From NCBI GenBank assembly GCA_016177405.1, contig JACOVG010000033.1, forward strand, positions 41,486-105,485: 64,000 nucleotides of DNA. Direction: 5' to 3'. Every line of letters starts with the position of its first letter. Within the stretch, counting starts at the first letter, position 1. Below the pieces are notes generated by a model. That model had not been told where the DNA came from. It did not search any database and saw only the letters and a program-made list of their open reading frames with translations. A program made the position numbers and the translations under genes. Shown here piece after piece: positions 54,108-62,530 of the stretch. This DNA is from Candidatus Omnitrophota bacterium (GTDB lineage: Bacteria; Omnitrophota; Gorgyraeia; 1-14-0-20-64-10).

Positions 54108-56903
54108 TTAGCTGCAGCCGGAGGTCGCCCCGCAGTTCATGCACTTGTAGCAGCTTCCGGAACGAACCATCATCGCCCCGCAGTCCGAGCAGGGCGGCGC
54201 GTCCACCTGTCCCTGGAAGGCCTGGCGGCTGGAGATGAGAGCCGAGGTGGTCCCGCTGGTGGCCGAGGGCGTGGTCACATCGGCCTGCTTGGCGGCCAGG
54301 TCGGTCACGGTGGAGGGGGGTGTCGGCTGGGACGCCGCCGGCAGGAACTTGAGCGCCATCCAGCGGAAGAGGTAGTCCAGGATCGATTGGGCGAACCGGA
54401 TCTGCGGGTTGGAGGTGATGCCGGCGGGCTCAAACCGCATGTGGGAGAACTTCTTCACCAGCGCTTCCAGCGGCACGCCGTACTGCAGGGCCAGCGAAAT
54501 CGCCGTGGCGAAGGCGTCCAGAAGCCCGGAGATCACCGTCCCTTCCTTGGACATCACGATGAAGATCTCACCGGGTTTGCCGTCGTCGTAAAGCCCCACC
54601 GTGAGGTAGCCGTCGTGGCCGGCGATGGAGAACTTGTGGGTGATGGCGCTGCGCTCATCGGAGAGGTAGCGGCGTTTGACCTGGCGTTTGCCGCCGGCCG
54701 AAACGCCCTTGCGCTCCTTCTCCTCCGCGGCGGATTCGCCCGGTCCCGCTTTTCCCGTGGACAAGGGCTGGACCTTCTTCGATCCGTCCCGGTAGATGGC
54801 GATCGCCTTGACGCCGATCTTCCAGGCCTGAAGGTAGGTTTCCATGATCTCTTCGGTGGTGGCCTGGGCGGGCACGTTGACCGTTTTCGAGATGGCCCCG
54901 CTGATGAAGGGTTGGACCGCTCCCATCATCCGGACGTGGCCCAGGTAATGGATGGAGCGGGTTCCCCGGGCGGCCTTGAAGGCGCAGTCGAAGACCGGAA
55001 GAAACTTGGGATCCAGCCCCGGCGCTCCCTCGATGGTCTCTTCCCGGTTCAGGTAATCGCAGACCGCCTTCGCTTGGGACTCCGCAAGCCCAAGCTTCTT
55101 CAAGGCGCGGGGGACGGTTTGGTTGACGATCTTCATCAGCCCGCCGCCCACCAGCTTCTTGTACTTGATGAGCGCGATGTCCGGCTCCACCCCGGTGGTG
55201 TCGCAGTCCATCATGAAGCCGATGGTCCCGGTCGGCGCCAGCACCGTGACCTGGGAATTCCGCACGCCGTTGGCCTGCCCCAAACGGAGGGCCTCCTCCC
55301 AGGTGTGGGCGGCGGCGGCAAAGAGATCCCTGGGCACCAGGCGGTCGTCCACCTGAATCAGGGCGTCCCGGTGCATCCGGATGACGGCGAGCTGGGGCTC
55401 CCGGTTCTTGGCAAAGCCGGCGTAGGGGCCCTTGACCCCGGCGATCTCGGTGGAGGTCCGGTAGGATTCCCCGCACAGGAGGGCGGTGACGGTGGCGGCA
55501 TAGGCGCGCCCCTCGTCGGAATCGTACGGCAGTGAAAGGGACATGAGGAGGGCCCCCAGGTTCGCGTAGCCCAGGCCCAGCTCCCGGAAGCTCTTGGCGT
55601 TCTCGGTGATCTTCGGGGTGGGGTAGGAGGAGTTGTCCACGATGATGTCCATGGCGATGGTGAGGGTGCGGACCGCCGCTTGGAAATCGGCGATCAGGAA
55701 ACGGTCCTCCTCATCCAGGAACTTCATCAGGTTCAAGCTCGCCAGGTTGCAGGCCGAATTGTCCAGGTGCATGTATTCGCTGCAGGGGTTGCTGGCGTTG
55801 ATCCGGCCGGTCGCGGGGCAGGTGTGCCACCGGTTGATGGTGGTGTCGAACTGCATCCCCGGATCGCCGCAGTGCCAGGTGGCCTCGGCGATGAGATGCA
55901 GGAGCTCCCGGGCCGAGACCGTCTTCATGGGCTGGCCGCTGGTGGCGGCCTTGAGCTCCCAGGGCTTGTCCTGGAGGGCCGCCTCCATGAAGGCGTCGGT
56001 GGCCCGGACCGAGTTGTTCGCGTTCTGGAAGAAGACGCTCGAGTAGGCCTCCCCATCGAGCGAGGAATCGTAGCCGGAATCGACCAGCGTCCAGGCCTTC
56101 CTCTCCTCCTGCCATTTGCAGCGGATGAACTTCTCGATGTCCGGGTGGTCGGCGTTCAGCACCACCATCTTGGCGGCCCGGCGGGTTTTTCCGCCGGACT
56201 TGATCACGCCGGCGGAGGCGTCCGCCGCCTTCATGAAGGAAACCGGCCCCGAGGCGGTGCCTCCGCCGGCCAGGCGCTCTTCGCTGGACCTAATCGGCGA
56301 GAGATTCACCCCGGAGCCGGAGCCGTACTTGAAGATCATCCCCTCCACCTTGTACCACTCGAGGATCGACTCCATCGTGTCGTCCACCGACAGGATGAAG
56401 CAAGCGCTGCACTGGGGGCGCGGCTCGATGCCGACGTTGAACCAGACCGGCGAGTTGAAGCTGGCCCGCTGGGTCAGCAGGAGATGCGCCAGCTCCGCGC
56501 GGAAACTCTCCGTGTCCTGCGCTCCGGCGAAATAACCGTCCTGGATTCCCCATTGGGTGATGGTGTTGACGACGCGGCCGATCAACTGCTTGGCCGAGCG
56601 CTCCCGCTTGGGGCTGCCCAGCTGGCCGCGGAAGTATTTGGAGGCGACGACGTTGGTGGCGGTTTGAGACCAGGGGGAGGGGACCTCCACCTGGGTTTGC
56701 TCGAAGACCGTCTCCCCGTGCTCGTTCACAATGGAGGCGGTCCGAAGCTCCCACGTCAACTCCCGGTAAGGGTCGGCCTCCGGCGCGGTGAAGTGCCGCG
56801 GCACCGCCAGCCCCGTCAAGGAGGCGAGGTCCGGCTGATGGGAATCATCGGAATTGCCGTGGATGGCGCGCTCCATCTCGAAGGTTTCTTTTTCCTTGGG
56901 CAT
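54108..56903 (-). CDS. nrdJ: Class II (adenosylcobalamin-dependent) ribonucleotide reductase
   Basis: 931 aa with a monomeric class II RNR pattern. C-terminal Cys-rich tail CSDCGAMMVRSGSCYKCMNCGATSGC. RBS GGGAGGG. Confidence 0.85.
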   Translation of the reverse strand: MPKEKETFEMERAIHGNSDDSHQPDLASLTGLAVPRHFTAPEADPYRELTWELRTASIVNEHGETVFEQTQVEVPSPWSQTATNVVASKYFRGQLGSPKRERSAKQLIGRVVNTITQWGIQDGYFAGAQDTESFRAELAHLLLTQRASFNSPVWFNVGIEPRPQCSACFILSVDDTMESILEWYKVEGMIFKYGSGSGVNLSPIRSSEERLAGGGTASGPVSFMKAADASAGVIKSGGKTRRAAKMVVLNADHPDIEKFIRCKWQEERKAWTLVDSGYDSSLDGEAYSSVFFQNANNSVRATDAFMEAALQDKPWELKAATSGQPMKTVSARELLHLIAEATWHCGDPGMQFDTTINRWHTCPATGRINASNPCSEYMHLDNSACNLASLNLMKFLDEEDRFLIADFQAAVRTLTIAMDIIVDNSSYPTPKITENAKSFRELGLGYANLGALLMSLSLPYDSDEGRAYAATVTALLCGESYRTSTEIAGVKGPYAGFAKNREPQLAVIRMHRDALIQVDDRLVPRDLFAAAAHTWEEALRLGQANGVRNSQVTVLAPTGTIGFMMDCDTTGVEPDIALIKYKKLVGGGLMKIVNQTVPRALKKLGLAESQAKAVCDYLNREETIEGAPGLDPKFLPVFDCAFKAARGTRSIHYLGHVRMMGAVQPFISGAISKTVNVPAQATTEEIMETYLQAWKIGVKAIAIYRDGSKKVQPLSTGKAGPGESAAEEKERKGVSAGGKRQVKRRYLSDERSAITHKFSIAGHDGYLTVGLYDDGKPGEIFIVMSKEGTVISGLLDAFATAISLALQYGVPLEALVKKFSHMRFEPAGITSNPQIRFAQSILDYLFRWMALKFLPAASQPTPPSTVTDLAAKQADVTTPSATSGTTSALISSRQAFQGQVDAPPCSDCGAMMVRSGSCYKCMNCGATSGCS

Positions 56904-57184
56904 CCCACCCTCCCGTCTTAAAGAGATGGCGACAATACACCGTCACCAAAGAGTTCGACTCAAAAGAGAACGCGCTACCTTGAAACCTGCCCTGGGAATC
57001 TTGCGGACAACCGCTCGTGGGGGGTAAGCTTCCCTCGGGGAGCTTGAGGAATGAAGCCAACCTGTTTGATCAACCGCGGGGACCTCATCGGCCTAATTTC
57101 CTTAGACCAAGGAGGGCCTCCGGAACACCCCCCCGCCACAAGATCTTGAGGGCAGTTGCCTTTGTACCGCAACTGCTCGTGTTT

Positions 57185-57212
57185 TGTCAAGATCAAAATT
57201 CCCGGGTATAAT
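57185..57212 (+). promoter_or_regulatory. Sigma-70 promoter TTGTCA-N16-TATAAT for the DUF1802 gene
   Basis: Perfect TATAAT at 57207-57212, 8 nt before the ATG. The complementary strand carries TTGACA-N18-TACAAA facing nrdJ. Confidence 0.55.
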
Positions 57213-57220
57213 GATCCCTG

Positions 57221-57802
57221 ATGACCTCTCTGACCCGTGTGGCGCTGAAGGAATGGGCCGTGGTGGTGGAGGCCCTGGGGACCGGAGAACAGCTTCTCCT
57301 CTTCCGGAAAGGGGGGATCCGGGACCCGAAGGGAACCTTCCAGCTTCAGCACCCGGAGTTTCTCCTTTACCCCACCTGGGAGCACCAGACCGAAGACTCC
57401 CTGGCCGCCATCCGGCCGGAGTTCCGGGAGCGTTTCAAGAGCACTCTGGCCGGGGCGGCCCATCCGGCCCAGATCGCTTTCAAGATTTATGCCGGGACGG
57501 CCTTTTGCGCCGAGGTTCGAAGCGCCCGCCAGATGGAGGGCCTTGAAAAATACCACCTCTGGACGCCGCGGTTCTTTGAAGAGCGCCTGAAGTACCGCCC
57601 GGCCGCCCCCACGGTGGTGGTGGTCCTGCGGGCCTACCGGCTGAAGGCGCCGGTCCCTCATCCGGCCCTGCCCGAATATGCCGGCTGCAAATCGTGGGTT
57701 CCCCTCGCGGAGGGGATCTCCATCGAGGGGGCGGAGCCGGTGGTGGAGAACCGGAAATTTCGGGACGCCCTCAACGACATCAACAGCCGGCTTCAGCGGT
57801 AA
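57221..57802 (+). CDS. DUF1802-family hypothetical protein
   Basis: N-terminal ALKEWAVVVEALGTGEQLLLFRKGGI, recalled as characteristic of DUF1802. 193 aa. Confidence 0.55.
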   Translation: MTSLTRVALKEWAVVVEALGTGEQLLLFRKGGIRDPKGTFQLQHPEFLLYPTWEHQTEDSLAAIRPEFRERFKSTLAGAAHPAQIAFKIYAGTAFCAEVRSARQMEGLEKYHLWTPRFFEERLKYRPAAPTVVVVLRAYRLKAPVPHPALPEYAGCKSWVPLAEGISIEGAEPVVENRKFRDALNDINSRLQR

Positions 57803-57898
57803 GGGCCGGCCTCGTTGAACCGCCGCGAGATCTGTGGTAACCTTCTATAAAGCAAGGGGCGGTAACAGCTCCTTGCTTTTCGTGTCTTAAAGGAAACC

Positions 57899-60800
57899 AT
57901 GACGAAAACACTTTGGCGGCCCGAGTTTGAGCACGATGCCTGCGGGGTCGGCTTCATTGCCGACGTTTCCGGGCGTCCCAGCCATCGGATCCTCCGGCTG
58001 GGCCTGCAGGGGGTCTGTTGCGTCACCCACCGGGGGGCGGTCTCGGCGGACGCCAAGACCGGAGACGGGGCCGGCGTCCTGACCCAGATCCCGCGCAAGC
58101 TCTTTGCCCGGGAGCTGGAGCGGCTGGGGCACGCCAAGGCGGACGTCAACGACCTGGCCGTGGGGATCTTCTTCCTTCCGCAGGATCCGGCTTCCCGCTC
58201 GGCGGCCAAGGGGATCGTGGACCGGATTGTCCGGGAGAAGGGGCTTCCTCTATATGGATGGCGGGAGGTGCCGGTGAACCCGGATGTCCTGGGAGACAAG
58301 GCCCTCTCCACCATGCCGGTGATCCAGCACTTGCTGGCGGGCCGGCCCGGCAAGGTTCCCCTGGAGGATTTCGAGCGGCACCTCTATTACACGAGGCGCC
58401 TCATCGAGAAGGCCTTCGCCCAGGCTCGCCTGGACAACTGCTACATCCCCTCCTTCTCGGCGCGCACCATCGTTTACAAGGGGCTCTTGGTGGCGCCCCA
58501 GCTCGCCCGCTTCTACGAGGACCTGACCGACCCGGCCTTTGAGACGGCCATCGCCCTCTTTCATCAGCGTTACTCCACCAACACCTTCCCGAACTGGGTC
58601 CTGGCGCAGCCCTTCCGGTATCTGGGCCACAACGGAGAGATCAACACCCTCCTGGGCAACCGCAACTGGATGCGGGCGCGCGAGCCCGAGCTGAAATCGC
58701 CCGTCTGGGGGGACCGGGTTCAGGATCTGGTCCCGATCATCCAGCCCGGCGGCTCCGACTCGGCGATGCTGGACAACGCGCTGGAGCTCCTGACCAACTC
58801 CGGCTACAGCCTCCTCAAGGCCATGACGATCCTGGTTCCGGAGGCCTGGCAGAACATGCCGGGAATGGAGCCCAAGGTGAAGGCCTTCTTCGAATTTCAA
58901 GCCTGCCTGTCGGAGCCGTGGGACGGGCCGGCGGCGCTCGCCGTCACCGACGGGGTCGTGGCGGCGGCCGCCCTGGACCGCAACGGCTTGCGGCCGGCCC
59001 GCTACAAGGTGACCCGCGACGGCTTGGTGGTGGTCGGCTCGGAGGTGGGTATCGTGGACCTGGACGACTCCCAGGTGATCGAGGCCGGCCGGCTGGGCCC
59101 CGGCAAGATGATCGCGGTGGACACCCAGCGCCAGAAACTCCTCCGGGACGAAGAGATCAAGCACGAGCTGGCGGTGCGCCACCCGTACCCGGTCTGGATC
59201 AAGGACCAGGTGCTTCGGGCCGACATCCTCAAGCTCAACGAAGGCAAGCCGCCGGTGGAGATGCCGGGCACCGATGATTCCGTTCTCATCCGAACCCTGA
59301 AGGGCTTCGGGCTGACCCAGGAGGATCTTCAGTTCATCGTCAAGGCGATGGCCGAAACCGGCAAGGAACCGGTCGGCTCGATGGGCGACGACGCCCCCCT
59401 GGCGATCCTTTCCACCAAGCCCAGGGTCATCTCCACCTACTTCAAACAGCTCTTTGCCCAGGTGACCAACCCGGCGATCGATCCCCTGCGGGAGAAGCTT
59501 GTCATGTCGCTCAACACCGCCCTGGGGCCCCGCGGCTCCATGCTGGAGGAGACTCCCCAGCATGCCAAGTGGGTGAAGTTCGGCTCGCCCGTTTTGACCC
59601 GCCCCGAGCTCCAATGGGTGGAGGGCCTGGCCGATCCCGCCTTCCGTTCGGCCCGGATCGAAACCCTCTTTCCGGTGAGCGCCGGCGTGGAAGGGCTGCG
59701 CCGGGCGATCCGCCGGCTGTGCGACGAGGCCGCCTCCGCCGTGGACGCCGGAAAGACAATCCTGATCCTCACCGATAAGGGAATGGATCCCCGGCGCGCC
59801 GCGATCCCCATGCCGCTGGCGGTGGGGGCGGTGCACCACAGCCTGATCCGGCAGGGCAAGCGGATGAGGGCCTCGATCGTCTGCGAGACCGGCCAGGTCT
59901 GGGACATTCACCATTACGCCCTTCTGATCGGCTTCGGGGCGGCGGCCATTCACCCGTACGCCGCTTTCCGGGCGATCGCCTGGCAAGCGGAGACCGGAGG
60001 CCTGAAGGCGGTTACCCCGGAAGCGGCCTTCGCCAACTACAAGAAATCGGTCGAGGACGGAATCCTCAAGATCATGTCCAAGATGGGGATCTCCTGCGTC
60101 TCGAGCTACCGGGGGGCGCAGATCTTCGAGGCGATCGGTCTGAACGAGGAGGTCGTGGAGACCTGCTTCGCCGGAACCACCTCCAGAATCGGCGGGGTGG
60201 GCTTCGAGTGGCTGGCGCGGGACGTCTTGGCCTTTCACGCGGCGGCCTTCGAGCCCGGCGGAACGCCCCAGCTCGACCCGGGCGGGTTTTACCGTTTCCG
60301 GCGGGACGGCGAGCTGCATGCCTTTAACCCGGCGGTTCTGGACGCCCTGCACACCGCGGTCCACACCGGCGAGTGGTCCGACTACGAAAAGTACGCCGAG
60401 CTGGTGAACGCCCGGGAGCCGATCTGCTTGAGGGACCTGCTGGATTTCGCGGAATCCCCGCGGCCGGTCCCGCTGGCGGAGGTGGAGCCGGTCGAGAAGA
60501 TCCGGAAGCGCTTCTGCACCGCGGCGATGTCGTACGGGGCGCTCTCCAAGGAGACCCACGAGTGTTTGGCCGTGGCGATGAACCGGATCGGCGGCAAGTC
60601 GAACTCCGGCGAGGGCGGCGAGGACCCGGCCCGCTTCAAGCCCCTGCCCAACGGCGATTCGGCCTGCAGCGCCATCAAGCAGGTCGCCTCCGGACGCTTC
60701 GGGGTGACCCCGGAATATCTGGCCTCGGCCCGCGAGCTTGAGATCAAGATCGCCCAGGGTTCCAAGCCGGGCGAGGGGGGCCAGCTCCCGGGCCACAAGG

Positions 60801-62422
60801 TTTCCGAGGACATCGCCCGGGTGCGGCATTCCGTGCCCGGGGTGACCCTCATCTCGCCGCCCCCGCACCACGACATCTACTCGATCGAGGATTTGGCCCA
60901 GCTCATCTACGACCTGAAGCAGGCCAACGCGAAGGCCGGGGTCTGCGTGAAGCTGGTTTCCGAGGCCGGGGTCGGGACGATCGCCGCCGGGGTGGCCAAG
61001 GGGTATGCCGACGTGGTCCACATCGCCGGGCACGACGGCGGAACCGGGGCGAGCCCGATCTCCTCCATCAAGAACGCGGGCGCGCCCTGGGAGCTGGGGC
61101 TGGCGGAGACCCAGCAGGTTCTGGTGATGAACGACCTGCGCTCCCGAATCACGGTCCGGACCGACGGCGGAATGAAGACCGGCCGGGACATCGTGAAGGC
61201 GGCCCTCCTGGGGGCCGAGTCGTACAACTTTGGCACCGCGGCCCTGGTGGCGGCCGGCTGCTGCATGGTCCGGCAGTGCCACCTCAACACCTGCCCGGTC
61301 GGCGTGGCGACCCAGGACCCGAAGCTGCGCGCCAAATTCAAAAGCCCGCCGGATCTGGTGGTGAACTTCTTCACCTTTGTGGCCGAGGAGATCCGCCGGA
61401 TCCTGGCCTCGTTGGGCTGCCGGACGCTGGAGGAGGTGGTGGGCCGGGTGGATCTCCTGAAGGTCAAGCCGAAGGCGCTGGCGCATCCCAAGTGGTCCAC
61501 GATCGACTGGTCCATGCTCCTGGCCGATCCGGACCCGACCGGCCAGCGTCCCAAGCGGTGCCTGACCGGGCGCAACGACCGGGAGGGGGACACGCCGCTC
61601 GATTTCCAGATCTTGAAGGAGGCCACCCCAGCCCTGGAGGGCAGGGGCCGGGTCACCCTGCGCTTTCCCGTAAAGAACCATCAGCGGACCGTCGGGGCCC
61701 GGCTTTCCTATGAGATCGCCTGCCGGTACGGCGACGCCGGATTGCCCGGCGGTTCGGCCATCGAGGTGCAGTTGGCTGGCTCGGCCGGGCAGTCGCTGGG
61801 GGCCTTCCTCATCAACGGCGTGCGGCTCATCTTGACCGGCGACGCCAACGATTACGTGGGCAAGGGGATGCACGGCGGCGAGATCGTGATCAAACCCAGC
61901 CCGCGCGTTCCGGCCAAAGCCGAGGAGCTGGTCTTGATCGGCAACACCTGCCTCTACGGCGCCACCGGCGGCACCCTTTACGTGAACGGCAAAGCCGGCG
62001 AGCGCTTCTGCGTGCGCAACTCCGGCGGCCGGGCCGTCGTCGAGGGCTCCGGCGACCACAGCTGTGAGTACATGACCGGCGGGGTGGCGGTGTTCCTGGG
62101 AGCCACCGGCCGCAACTTCGGCGCCGGCATGACCGGAGGCCTGGCCTTTGTCCTGGACAGCGAAGGGACCTTTTCCCAGCGCCTCAATCCGGCCCTGGTG
62201 GAGCTTCACCGGGTGGAAGATCCGGAGGAGGAAGATCTGCTCAAGGCGATGATCCTCCGGCACGCGGAGCTCACCGGAAGCGCCAGGGCCAAGGAGATTC
62301 TGGCCGGCTGGTCCGCGATCCTGCCGGTCTTTTGGAAGGTCTCTCCTAAGAAAGAGGTCGTCAAGCTCGAGGCGGCCGTCGGCACCCCCAAGGAAGCGAT
62401 CCAGGCCCCGCCAGCTCGTTAA
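57899..62422 (+). CDS. gltB: Glutamate synthase large subunit
   Basis: 1507 aa. N-terminal amidotransferase Cys (FEHDACGVGFIA). FMN/4Fe-4S central domain. C-terminal GXGXG domain. Confidence 0.95.
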   Translation: MTKTLWRPEFEHDACGVGFIADVSGRPSHRILRLGLQGVCCVTHRGAVSADAKTGDGAGVLTQIPRKLFARELERLGHAKADVNDLAVGIFFLPQDPASRSAAKGIVDRIVREKGLPLYGWREVPVNPDVLGDKALSTMPVIQHLLAGRPGKVPLEDFERHLYYTRRLIEKAFAQARLDNCYIPSFSARTIVYKGLLVAPQLARFYEDLTDPAFETAIALFHQRYSTNTFPNWVLAQPFRYLGHNGEINTLLGNRNWMRAREPELKSPVWGDRVQDLVPIIQPGGSDSAMLDNALELLTNSGYSLLKAMTILVPEAWQNMPGMEPKVKAFFEFQACLSEPWDGPAALAVTDGVVAAAALDRNGLRPARYKVTRDGLVVVGSEVGIVDLDDSQVIEAGRLGPGKMIAVDTQRQKLLRDEEIKHELAVRHPYPVWIKDQVLRADILKLNEGKPPVEMPGTDDSVLIRTLKGFGLTQEDLQFIVKAMAETGKEPVGSMGDDAPLAILSTKPRVISTYFKQLFAQVTNPAIDPLREKLVMSLNTALGPRGSMLEETPQHAKWVKFGSPVLTRPELQWVEGLADPAFRSARIETLFPVSAGVEGLRRAIRRLCDEAASAVDAGKTILILTDKGMDPRRAAIPMPLAVGAVHHSLIRQGKRMRASIVCETGQVWDIHHYALLIGFGAAAIHPYAAFRAIAWQAETGGLKAVTPEAAFANYKKSVEDGILKIMSKMGISCVSSYRGAQIFEAIGLNEEVVETCFAGTTSRIGGVGFEWLARDVLAFHAAAFEPGGTPQLDPGGFYRFRRDGELHAFNPAVLDALHTAVHTGEWSDYEKYAELVNAREPICLRDLLDFAESPRPVPLAEVEPVEKIRKRFCTAAMSYGALSKETHECLAVAMNRIGGKSNSGEGGEDPARFKPLPNGDSACSAIKQVASGRFGVTPEYLASARELEIKIAQGSKPGEGGQLPGHKVSEDIARVRHSVPGVTLISPPPHHDIYSIEDLAQLIYDLKQANAKAGVCVKLVSEAGVGTIAAGVAKGYADVVHIAGHDGGTGASPISSIKNAGAPWELGLAETQQVLVMNDLRSRITVRTDGGMKTGRDIVKAALLGAESYNFGTAALVAAGCCMVRQCHLNTCPVGVATQDPKLRAKFKSPPDLVVNFFTFVAEEIRRILASLGCRTLEEVVGRVDLLKVKPKALAHPKWSTIDWSMLLADPDPTGQRPKRCLTGRNDREGDTPLDFQILKEATPALEGRGRVTLRFPVKNHQRTVGARLSYEIACRYGDAGLPGGSAIEVQLAGSAGQSLGAFLINGVRLILTGDANDYVGKGMHGGEIVIKPSPRVPAKAEELVLIGNTCLYGATGGTLYVNGKAGERFCVRNSGGRAVVEGSGDHSCEYMTGGVAVFLGATGRNFGAGMTGGLAFVLDSEGTFSQRLNPALVELHRVEDPEEEDLLKAMILRHAELTGSARAKEILAGWSAILPVFWKVSPKKEVVKLEAAVGTPKEAIQAPPAR

Positions 62423-62458
62423 TCGTAGAAAACTTAGATTGAAACAAAAGATTTTACC

Positions 62459-62487
62459 TTGCCGGCAACCCGGAGCTGTGGCATACT
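62459..62487 (+). promoter_or_regulatory. Promoter TTGCCG-N17-(GG)CATACT (GCCATAsT class, copy 5)
   Basis: CATACT at 62482-62487, 14 nt upstream of hairpin copy B. TTGCCG is 17 bp further up. Confidence 0.4.
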
Positions 62488-62500
62488 TCTTGTGCAAAAA

Positions 62501-62528
62501 GGTGCCGGGATAAATCCTGGCACCTTTT
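62501..62528 (+). terminator. 24-bp palindromic hairpin (copy B) plus T-tract: gltB terminator and/or leader operator of the next gene
   Basis: GGTGCCGGGATAAATCCTGGCACC followed by TTTT. It is the reverse complement of copy A at 15286 with one mismatch. Confidence 0.6.
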
Positions 62529-62530
62529 AC

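Noticed and set aside
56904-57220. Cobalamin riboswitch in the nrdJ leader
   Set aside because: I could not find a B12-box-like sequence or the characteristic stem pattern. B12-dependent class II RNR genes are not usually riboswitch-controlled.
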